Source of the DNA: Psilocybe cubensis
Taxonomy: Eukaryota
Reading direction: 5' to 3'
DNA: 64,000 bases
NCBI GenBank assembly: GCA_017499595.2
Contig: CM039008.1
Coordinates: forward strand, 868,001 to 932,000
Position numbers and translations under genes: made by a program. This document shows, piece after piece, positions 1 to 11,378 of this stretch (position 1 is the stretch's first letter; each line of letters opens with the position of its first letter). The notes under the pieces were generated by a model, which did no database searches, was not told the DNA's origin, and saw nothing but the letters and a program-made list of their open reading frames with translations.

Positions 1-612
1 TCGGTCTCCAGGTCTATGTGCCCCGTCAAGTCTGGGCGTCGTAAAGCAAACAAAAGCATTGCATCAATGAAAGTGTATTATACCCATATAAATATTGCAC
101 ATACTCTTTGCCTGTGTTGCTGTCCTTTGAGGGAGTTTCACTTGTTCTCCATAGAAGGGCAGTTGTAGCACCCCAAAGACCGGTTTCCTGTAATCAATGA
201 ATATTTAGTTAAAGGAACACGGATTGAGTAACGATTTACTCACATGAAAAGGAATGTTATCTATCGTTGTATTGTTTTCGTCTTTTCCAACTCCACTAAC
301 GATTCTCGTTAGATTTCTCGATAGCTCTTGTGGTTTTACTGGAGGTGGACGCTGGTGCTCTACGGCCATTGTAAAGTTTCTGAATCGTGATGGTCAGGTA
401 AGACGTTAGTGCTCTAAACGATCTGTGTGCACCCTATTTATTAAATCACAAGAAGTGGTAGTCTTTATTTACGTAGCCTTCAAACCTATAAGGTGACCCC
501 AGGTGCGATTTGCCGATGTCAGGTCGGCGCATGTTCCATACCATTTACAGTCAATCTCTACTATTGCAATAACAAACGATTTTTCAACCAGTTTACCCCA
601 AATTACAGATCC
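1..612 (-). CDS. Hypothetical multi-exon protein, partial (runs off window start; 5' part unresolved); possibly transposon-borne
   Basis: Four exons (~473-611, ~244-381, ~104-189, 1-31) join in frame via GT..AG introns: GSVIWGKLVEKSFVIAIVEIDCKWYGTCADLTSANRTWGHLIGLKATNFTMAVEHQRPP...HETGLWGATTALLWRTSETPSK...; no family recognised. Confidence 0.5.
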
Positions 613-1028
613 TGAAATATGTGTTCACAACCTAACTTGACATTTCTTCCATTTTAGTCGGGGAGCATGCGTTAGAACTGACCGCACAGGAAGAACATTC
701 GGACGGGGACGATGAAGCAACGCAATAATAGGTAATGGTTGTAAATGTTGCCCCGGTTCCAACACTCTCCCCAGGCTTACTCGAAGCAAGGGGCCTTAAG
801 AGATTTAACACATAGGCACCGTGGGTAAAATGTTTATGCCTGATTATGCCCATGACTGTGGTTACAGTGGGCATTGCGGTGAACCCTCTGTCAAGCTCAG
901 ACACCGAGTTCAACTGTATGAGCCCGCAATCACGGTGTGCCTCAGAAGGGAAACGGTGTATACTATTTGTACGAGTAATCAACGTCCCTATTCGCAGCGG
1001 GCGCTTATTAATAATGCTTTGCCCATCG

Positions 1029-2180
1029 GCAAAAAGGACAAGATCCCCAAATGCCTTGCCAAGGCATTTGGAGGCGTCCAAAGGCCCCAAGGCCCAAATG
1101 GCCTTTTATATTGACTAATTAGAGACTCGGAAGTCTAAAAGACTCCGAATCCTTGATTCAAACCAAATGTTTTAGGTAGCTCTAAATATAACCCAATCAT
1201 TTGGATAACCTTTGAGAGTCCCGAAAACATTTGGACAACATTTGAGAGACCCAAAATTTTAATTGGTTCACACACTAATGCTCGTATTTTATTCCTAGCA
1301 GCCACGTCAGGCAATCACACAATATAAATAGTAATCAAACGAGAAATTTCATTGAATAGGATTCTAATACAACAGAGGCTACACAGAAACAATATGATTT
1401 GTGACTACACAGCCAACGGGCAAGCGTGTGAAAAGGTTACCATAACTCGCATAATTTGATTGAAGAAGATCTAGAACGATTGAATCATAGTAAGCAAAAT
1501 GTAAAATATATGCGTGTCAAATGCACATATATGCGCATATACTCACATTTAAGTTAACAGAAATGGCTGTATAGTCATTCAAGGTACTGGTAGAGGAAAT
1601 GGAACTTGGTTAGTTGGAGTTGCCCAATGAGACAAGTAAACAATAGTGCTTTACCTTCAAGCTCTGCTCTGTGTGCAAGCATGTTTCGCACTAGCAAGTA
1701 CAGTCATCAGAGCGGTGGAAATGAAAGTGGAAAGAAAGGGACTGGGGGCCGTGTCGTGAATATGTCTCAAGTTATTATACAGAAAAATGAGGTTCAATCT
1801 CCGATTTAATTTGTACATGGACTGGCGTGGTTTTGCGGAAATTGACTCGACTTGACGTCATGTAATAATGCTACGGTCAGCAAAATTTCTCCTTGCAAAA
1901 TCATTTTGTGTGAATTGCAATCCCTGTAATCGTTTGGCATGTATTTCAATCCATGTAATCATTTGGATGGATGTAAATTTGAATTCAAGGTTTTGTGCTT
2001 TGTTTCTATTGTTGTTCAATGTTTTTTGTAATGTTTTATGGCAAATAAATGATTAAAAATTGACTTTAAGCATACGAAATCATTTTTAATAAATTTCGAG
2101 GTTCACAAATGTTTGTAGAGTCTCAAAATGCCCTCCAAATGTTTGCGGCGCCTCCAAATTTTGTTCAAATGTTTCGTGGG
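1029..2180. mobile_element. Probable terminal/subterminal region of a DNA transposon (CMC/CACTA-like?), ending ...TTTCGTGGG at 2180
   Basis: AT-rich non-coding tract with clustered CAAATGTTT/AAACATTTG-type motifs at ~1029-1260 and 2107-2175; 1220-1252 is an imperfect inverted copy of ~2147-2180; no matching TSD in window. Confidence 0.4.
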
Positions 2181-3575
2181 AAATTATCGTGTCACATGAA
2201 ACATTGACCTACCGTAAAAGGCATCAAAGGCATTTGGGGGTCTGGTCACTTTTGCCGATGCCAGTGGTACAGGCGCCCGGTCAAGTTTGGAAAGTCCGTC
2301 TCTCCAGTTTCTTAAGTTTCTGTTTATGGGCCCCGTTTTATCATCTACTTTGACTGTTTTGGCATCTGTAAACATCCCTAATCATCGTTGTATACTATTC
2401 AGTAGTACGCGTGCCTTGGATATGAAAGCTAGAGTACTGAAGGTTGACTGAAGGCATTTGTTAAACCACATCTCATTTTCCACTGTTACCAAACGTTGGA
2501 AAAGGCGGCGGGAATTTTCTGGGCTTTGCGAAAGCCTTGCGATTATATATTTCGAGTTTTACTTTTCAAGCCCTTTGAACCTTACAAGCATATTTCCTTG
2601 TTGGTTTTCTGTCGGAGTTCGTCGGTCCTAGCCGCTCACTCTCACGAATCCCACTGGTCACGTGCTAGAATGATCAGTTGTGAAAGTGACACAATCACAA
2701 GTAACGCGTAACGTTCCTTGAAGATCACCACTGTCATTGTGGCCGCAGGATTAGCTCCCGAGTCAAAACTTTGCCTCTGCTTCATCTGATTCCTTGCTTA
2801 CTATGTCTAGATATGTCGTCTTGACTATGCGGTAACCAGTGTATATGATTCTCCGCTGCCAAAGTCAACTGAAGGATCGATAAACAATGGCCTTATTATC
2901 TACGACAACGGTATGTCTTTATCATGATGAAGTTCTCACTTCCATCAATCATTTTGAAGACTGTTGTTGGATAGTTCCACGCAAGTTGAATGGAGACAGT
3001 TTTAGTATGGTCATTGGAAGGGACGATTTCTCGCGAGTTGCGATGTGGCGGATTTCAAAACAACTAAACGTCCGAGTCCTCGTCGACCTTACACGCCATA
3101 TATGGCGAGACTGTTGCCGAGATTACTTCGCCCTTGTGTTGAGTTCTTCGAAAGGGCTTAATTATAATTAATCCGCGTATTCATCCAATCAATCAACTTG
3201 GCGTAGAATGGCTCGGAGTACGTTGGCCATGATTAGCCATCAAGTGCGTTTTTTCTCCACGCTTAATTGTAGTGGATACTGAACCACATTATCATTCGCA
3301 TAGGCGTTATGGTTTCTGCAGGTGTTTCTAAACAGTTATTGAACGTTTCTCGTTCCGAAGGCTGTCAAATCAGGGTGAAGGCCTGAAGGCCTAGACTCAT
3401 GCTGTATATGTCATAGCATGGCACTTTGCTCGGACTTCTTCCTAAAGAACCCAAATTAAGTCGTGGCGGTGTCGTAATTATCGCCTATTTTATAAAAACA
3501 AAGTAGCATTCGTTGACTCTTGTCTGTTACCTGTCTGCAGTCGACTGTCGGTTGTGTTCCCTCACTCTTCACGGT

Positions 3576-5042
3576 ATGCTCCCGACTGGTTTTGGGATGT
3601 CGTCAAGAGGGCCACAACGGCTGCTGTCTCGAGCAGCCGACAGGACGATGGCTATTCATGTGGGCGCAAGCTTGGTAACATTTACGGCCTTTTTCTTGCC
3701 ACTGATACAAGCTGAATCCTACTCAGTTCCAGCTTTTTCTATTCGGTAATGCCGTCAAAACATTCCTTGAAATATACACCGCTTACACATATCTATCATA
3801 GGATTATATCTATCGATATTTACATTTTGCATACACCTAATCTGGATGAACAGACGCCTCCCTATAAGGTGGCCTTTTGCTGCAGCTGCCCTTGTCATGT
3901 TCAGCATATCCACGGCTGACATGGTCATATCGGTTTACTATCTTTTTCGGTATACTCTTAACAACTTGGTTATACCAAGTCGCTACCCGACAATTCTATT
4001 CTTCATCACGAACAAGTACGTCTTGTTTATCCCTCGCTGAAGAAGATGCCATTGAACAATTCTTTAGCGCATTTGCAGACGCTATTCTAGTATGTAGGTT
4101 CTGCCTTAGTTGCCGAATCAGAGCTCACTAGTGCTCTTGACATCAATTCGCGGCACAGATATATCGCTTCTATACCATTTGGTGTCGAGAAAAGCGCTAT
4201 ATCCTTCCTCCATCTGTTATTCTTTTATGCTCTTCCAGTACGTCGATGATGTTATACAATTAAGGAAATGTTCTAACTTCTAGACTTCTATGGTCATTCA
4301 GTATTCGGATATCTCTTTTCCAATTCTCCTTCAGACCGCCTTTACAAACTCGTCCCTGTCTCGATGTGGATGACTTTTGGGCTTAATGCCTGCTTGACAT
4401 TACTTATAGGTGACTCTAGTGCATATTCTTCACACTGCTAGGCCTGACAATTGTTCTCTTACTTAGCGGGCAGATTATTCTGGTCCGGGCGGAATTCGAG
4501 TCCTATACTTGGGCCAGATCTCTCACGGAGGTATTTCTGTCTCTGTGCCCTAATGTAAGTCGCAACTGCAACAATGTTCTGTCATGTTTTCTAATCTGTC
4601 AGGGATTAGCATAGATTCAGGTTCTATATACTCTACGTATCTGCTACTGGACCTGATAACACACTGGGTATGGCTCTCTTCACGCAAACTTTATCTAGGC
4701 ATTTCGTTTCTAATTGAAAGTTCGTTCATAGACACTCTTAAGGGCAGGCTTGAACCAAATAGTTGTCTGTTATACTTTAATGTTTTTGGTAATGGCTCCA
4801 GAGTGCTAACGGTATATGAATTGACACAGGGAATGGTTCCTACTTTGATCATTATTAGAATTAGCCTCCGCAGGGCTTCTTTGAATGGATCCACAATCTT
4901 ACCACGCGCCGGAGGCTCCAGTACGCCAGTTCTCGACTCTATCTTCAGTACAGTTGGTACTGGGGCGCCCAACACTGCGCCTCAGTCACCTCGTGGAGGG
5001 GGAGGCGAACAATTGCCTCATGAGCTTACCGAGACGGCCTGA
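3576..5042 (+). CDS. Agaricomycete multi-pass (7TM-like) membrane protein, paralog 1
   Basis: Spliced model: FQLFLFG / LYLSIFTFCIHL / FADAILIYRFYTIW / IDSGSIYS / GMVPTLIIIRISL; about 10 introns; start codon tentative (3576 or 3648). Confidence 0.8.
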
Positions 5043-6240
5043 TGTTAAATCTAGAATCCATTCAGCTGACTCTTTGCTCTGTGGCTGAAAATCGGAAAGC
5101 GCTCATGAACGTAACGCCATTTGATGAACATGCACGAAGGCTAATTTATTGAAACGCAATCGAGGTCGCCGTCGATTAGTGTGGTAATTGCACACAGTTC
5201 TGATAGTACCGAATAAAAGGACTTCTCTGGTGACGGCGATCTCTAATATCAAAACTTACAACTTATTGTAAACAATGGTTCGGAGGTTTCAAGAACACGT
5301 CTTGGGAAGGGGATTGCGGCCCTGCATGCGGGGTTGTTAATAAGTAATGTGTACCTTTTCCGTTTTAAACAAGTCGTCTAATTGCCTTTTGCTCAGAATC
5401 GAATGCAGACCTGATTGGTCGTCTAATGTGTTGAAATGCTCATGTTATTATCTCATGTTCCTCGCAACTAGTTCGCATTTGCGGCCTATCATTAATGCTA
5501 ATTTACGTTACAGAAACGCAATAGCAGAACGTGGTTTAAATCCATGTTCTCTAGTGCCTATTGAACGATTTCTATCGCCGAATCCATGAGTGAGTAGCGC
5601 ATTACGGCTTACCACATGGCTTCCACATGGACTTATTTTCTCCAATTGCTGCTAACATTTACATCAGCTAGATCTCATAGACTGGGGCATCATTGACCAG
5701 ATAATGGGCCTTAACCGACTGACTGTACTTTATTTTGATGATGCGGTCAATGATATCACCTTTTCAAACATCGGTGGCCTGGAATACATATAATGGATAG
5801 CTCAGAGCATGATCGGGTATGAAGTTGCCGGACAATATTTGGATTTCTACTATCCTGGTCCGTCTCGCCTATTCACTGCCACTTCGTACCGCTTCCCAAC
5901 ACTTCTCAGCCGGACCTCCGTTCTCTCAGAAAGAAACTCCAGGGCTCCCCAGGGCGTGTGACCATTCCCTGTGGGAGCGTTATCTTTGACGTTGGCAGCT
6001 TGCCTAATTGTCCAAAAACCGACCATGACTTCTCATAGTCGAACTAATTATATTTGTTGCTATCAAAATGAACACATTTTTTCTCTAGCTCGAGGGGCTT
6101 TCTTGTCGACCTTGCGCTATGTATATCGAAGGCGCAGCAATGATTCACTGGATTGTGACTGTTAATTGCTTGGCGGATGTGCAGTGAACCCTTCCCTTGC
6201 TCTCCCCCAACCAAGCCCCGCGTTCACTGGAGCCGCGCTA

Positions 6241-7742
6241 ATGGAGCGAAGTATGCTCGATGAGGTGGAACTTATTGGAGGGAGGACGCGGACAGTAGTC
6301 CCTATGCATCGTCCCTTGATACCATTCTTGAAGGAGCCATGGTCCTCGAAATCAAAATACCCAGCGATTATGGTGCGTGAAATTATTTCATGCGATCGTC
6401 GGTGCATCCTACTGATGCTCTAGTCCTAGCTTGAGACCTTTCTCTACGGTTAGCTTGGTGCTGCAAAGTCGAAATGCCGACTTCTGATGCTTGTAATAGG
6501 TGTATACGTAGTGCTTTTTTCCTGTTGCTTTTATACCCTAGTGAAGCAGAGGATCGTGCGGAAGACGACTCTGATAGCTTCCAGTTTACTCTTCATGCTC
6601 GCGACAGCCGATATACTCGTCACAGGCTACTTCTTCTTCCATTTCGTCTTAAAACAGCCCAGGGTCAGCGTTCCAAGTACGAACAGCAATCATGAAACCT
6701 GGAATCGGATTCTGGAGATTAAATTTGGGTTTTATGTTGTGGCAAAGTGAGTTTTCAAACTGCATGTTGATGAAAGAGTACTTAGCTGGATGTTTTCAGT
6801 GCGATTGCCAGTAGTCTTTTGGTAAATTTTAACAGTGCGCTTGTTGGCAAAATCTAATCATCCGCTAGATTAAGCGATGTTATGAGGTGTGGCAAAATAA
6901 ACGGATCGTGATCGCACCAATAGCTATGGTGGCGTGCGGCACAGGTACGCTCCAGTTTGCGGTTAATAAATTGTTAATGAATATTCGAGAACTGACGGAT
7001 ATTCCAGTCATTAGCTTTGTGTCATTGGGTGCTGCTCAGTTGGGAGATAAATTACTCGCGGCCAGTTTTATTACTTCTGCAGCAGCAAACCTGTCAATTA
7101 CTTTGCTAATAGGTACGTCACATATCCTTTTGTCGAACCACATTAACTCCGTAGTTGTAGGCCTTAGAACCTTGTGGACATCACGGAAGATGAATGGGTT
7201 TTTCAAGATGGACTTTTCCGTTATTTGTGATTATTTTATTGCCCTTATGTGAGTCTTCGACATTGAAAAGGCCTTAAAATTTGGCTAATACAAAGTACTT
7301 GAAAGTCTTGATTCCGGTGCTTTTTACAGCCTTTCAATATCTCTATACCTGGTTTTTCATACAGTGAGTGACTTTCGTCCAATTGTTCTGTTACTGGTTT
7401 GGGAGTGTTAACGGGCTGTTTGATTTTAAGCTGGTGCTTAGTGCTTCTTTAACTCAGATAGCCGTGAGTCCAAGTGGGAATTGTCTTGGCTGATGAATTC
7501 AAAGTTGACGCGTAAGATAGGGTATTACTATAGGTGGCGTGGTGTTGCGAAACTCGTCCTGCGAAAGCCTTGGCGGGCTGGCAGCCTCTACCACAACTTT
7601 GCCGGAAACTCGGGCTGGATATGGAATCGTAGAACGGACACGGTCCCGCCCGCGACTAAACTTGAGTATTCGGACAAACGTAGTTCCAATTAGACGCCAG
7701 AGGAGTGACAGTGTTGGTACGGAAACGCAAGAACATAAGTAG
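6241..7742 (+). CDS. Agaricomycete multi-pass (7TM-like) membrane protein, paralog 2
   Basis: LETFLYG / VYVVLFSCCFYTL / LATADILV / IKRCYEVWQNKRIVIAP / LDSGAFYS; intron positions match neighbours. Confidence 0.8.
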
Positions 7743-8390
7743 GAACATAGCAAGAACCATCGTAGCATATATGTAATATTATTACTGGCAAGTTGTCCTG
7801 CAGAAGGCCTCCCGGCATTGGTGTGGTTACATTTCAGCCGGAGTGAAAGAAAGATGTATCATTTTCAATTGACGCGATACTTCGTGGAGATTGGATGATA
7901 GAGGCGCACAAGAGTCATACCGGCCACTTTGGGCTATCGGCCGATCTTTCAAAAGGCGGATCGACAGTGCGTACTTCTCCGGAATGGATGATGTTGAAGA
8001 CCATGGAGTATCTGTGGTTTTGCTTCCTGGGAGCGACTCCAAAGGCTGAAGCGCATGGCTTTTGGTGAACGGAGTATATTGACTTGGCGGAAGTTGCTAA
8101 AATCGTCAACATGTACCCACACTGCTTGGCAAAAGGTCCGCGAATTCTCATCAGTGCCAATGGCCCAGCTTACAATCTAGTGCCAGCGTCGCACATTTCA
8201 CATCATGGTCTATAAGTAGAACCCGGTCTATTGGGATGAGAGTTGGATCCCAAGCTGGTCTATTCTCTCACTCCTCCTTACCTTCACGTCGGGACGATAA
8301 CAATCCCTCTTTTCTCTTCCTTGCACACTTCCACCCAGGCTGCCCTAAGGCACTTTCTGACCTCAGGGCGTTAGCCCACGACCTCTAACG

Positions 8391-9993
8391 ATGGCCAGCC
8401 TCCTTTTACACCCTTGGAAGACAAATAGTGGGGGAAGCTCAGTGGGACATGTCAATATCATTATTCCAGACAAAGACGGTGGAGACGAGTCAGTGACAAC
8501 GGATAATGACTACTATTCCTTGAACAAGTACAGTGCAGCGGTCCTGGTAAGCACTCTATTGAGCTCTATTTTCTGTAGATATGGCTGACGTTTATCCTCA
8601 GTTCGAAGTGTTCCTCTATGGTAAATGCTCATGAAATCCTGGCTAATGTGCCGAAGCGGTGCTAACTCGCTGTCTCCCATGGTTCAGGAATATATTCAAC
8701 TCTATTTGCAATATGCATACGCGTTCTCCTAAGGAATAAGAGGACGACTCAAAAAATGCTGCTGGCGTGCGCCATGGTCATGTTTGCGCTTGCAACGGTC
8801 GACGTTGTTTTGGAAATAAGCTTTTTGTTTTGGTTCATCGTGAAGAACAACACCATTCCACAATCCGACGTTCACTTCAAATACTTGATATATATTACGA
8901 GCAAGTAAGCCAACCGTTTTGTGTTCATCTGGGCGGCATATCACTCATTCAATGTTCAAAGCCTTATCGCCGACAGTCTTGTGGTATGCAACTTCCGCTT
9001 TACGTTTTCCTCCATGGCACTATTCATCCTCATCTTTCCTGAATAGATATATCGCTGTCATACCGTTTGGAATCGTAGCAAGCGCGTGATCATCTTGCCT
9101 TGTTTTTTGTTAGTCTGTGGCACTGGTGAGTGTATCATAATTTCCACGGTGATGTTTATTTTACTGAAACACTTTCTTGCATAGGTTTTGGATATGGTTT
9201 TATTGCAGTATCAAAAGAAGACTACCGGTTCCGCCAACTGCTGATCGCTTTTCTTTTCACGACTGTCGCACTAAACATGCTAGTTACAGTGCTCATGGGT
9301 AAGTTTTCTCACGTCGGCGGCGCCTGCCAAGTCTCATGAGCTTTTTTAGCGGGCCGTATCTGGTGGATTGCACGGAAGGCCCGTACCATTCTCGGCCCAA
9401 GGTTATCATCCAAGTACACCACTATGATCGCAATAATGTAAGTACCCCTTCTGATGAAAACCAGACGGTCTATTTTTAGACACGCTCACGCCTACTCCAA
9501 CAGAGTGGAATCGAGCGTTATCTACTCAATATACTTCATCCTTGACGTGGTGATACAAGATGTAAGCTCCAGGCTCTCACAACTGTGCTTTGGCTGATAT
9601 GTTGCTTTTTCTAATCCAGCTCATATTGGATGCAGGACTGGCTCAAATAGTGGTACGTTAAAATTTTAGCTGCTAACGTCCCATCTTTGTTCTCTGATCT
9701 CCAACTTATCATAGGGAATTGTTCCAACGCTTATTATAGTTCAAATTGGGCTGGGTCAAGATACACATGACGTGGACACTTCCGCTAGTATGGTGCAGAC
9801 CGACGGAAGAGGGTTTACCACAACAACGAATGATTATAGCTACGACGTGCCGCCATCGGACCCTCCGCCCGCGTTGTCTCCAGTTATCCCCCCTCTACTA
9901 TTCTCTCCCACACAACAGACCACGCTCAGATCAAGTCGAATATTTGAGGTACGGCCGCGGATGGACGAGGATACGGAGTGCGGATATTCGTAA
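8391..9993 (+). CDS. Agaricomycete multi-pass (7TM-like) membrane protein, paralog 3
   Basis: FEVFLYG / IYSTLFAICIRVL / LIADSLVIYRCHTVW / AGRIWWIAR / VESSVIYS / GIVPTLIIVQIGLG. Confidence 0.85.
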
Positions 9994-11378
9994 CATGAAG
10001 GTGCTGAAGAGATGCTATTTATTCTGCCTTTCCGGAGTGTGTATGATGAGAACCTGACGGGAAGTGACGCGAGACCCAGAGGAGCGGTGTTAGGGCATGT
10101 CACAGTGCCTCATTATATTACTGCCTACGGTTCTTAGTTCAAGATTCGAACATTGCTCGTTCGAAATGACCGCCTGACAGCAGGCCCGGCGGCCTTCACG
10201 ACATCAGTAACCTTCCTTCCACATGGACGGCTGTATTACCATTATCATAATCATGTATATTCTTATAGAAGACATTCATGCTCATGTATTATACCACACA
10301 CACACCATCTTTTGTGTATTTAGAGTGCACCCGTAATCCATTAAGCACCCTCCATTGACAGGTCCCGTTGGTTCGGAGCCTTGAAACAATGCATTGGATA
10401 GATTAACTTCCGTCAACAGGAGAATTTATAGCGGCTATTCTGTCTCGTGCCATCATCTTTGATGTAAATGACGAAGTGAGCCTACTACTGGTGCTAAAGG
10501 GCGATGAAGAAAAGATGAGACCCATAAGGCTCTCATCGTGGTCATCACTCGGATACATAGTCAGGTAGTGCATTTTGGTGCATCACTACTAATAAGCCAT
10601 TAAGATCCTAAGTAAAGATGCTCATCTGCAGTTAAAGAACTGGTAGCTTACTTCCATGCCCATTCCTGGAAGTTAGAGCACTGATGTTTTTGACTTGTTA
10701 CTCTGTTGAAAGGCCTCTGCGACCTGGCCGTTGGCTTGTCCTCTTATCGGCTGAAGTATGTGCCAAATTAAAGGAGAGTATTATTCTTCATAGAAAGGCC
10801 TCTTATAACTACAATCACTTGCCATTGGCAAGTGGTCGTTAATCTTGCGGCGGTCAGATGGTTGAGTCCAGGAACTGTTTAAACTCAGATAATCGGAGAT
10901 TCATCTGAATAAGCGGAGTTTTAAGTAGCCACATAGCAGACCCAAATACTTGAGTACCGACTTCAAACGTAATCGCCACTCTCTACGCTCACTGAAAAAT
11001 GTTAGTTGCTAAAATTCCGATGACACTCGTACGTAGATATAGGACGCTCAAAATCTTCAACTAATAGCCTCTTTCCTTCAACAATCTTTCATCTACACAA
11101 CTGGCCATCAATTTGATCCGTGGTAGATGCCGCAGTGTATAAGGTCATTTTACGCCGTACATTGCCAGCGGCGGTGACGGACTCGGAAAAAAGGGAATGC
11201 ACCGGAGCAATGGCGTGGTGTATGGAAGCCAAGATGAACCACGAGGCTATACGTGCGAGGATTTGTCGATATGATGGGAACTAGCTTCCCTACTAAAGCC
11301 AAAACCATACCCGCAGTGCGGAGACCGCCAAACCGCCATAGTTCACTCTTTTCAAGTCCTTACCTGCCAAAGTAACGG

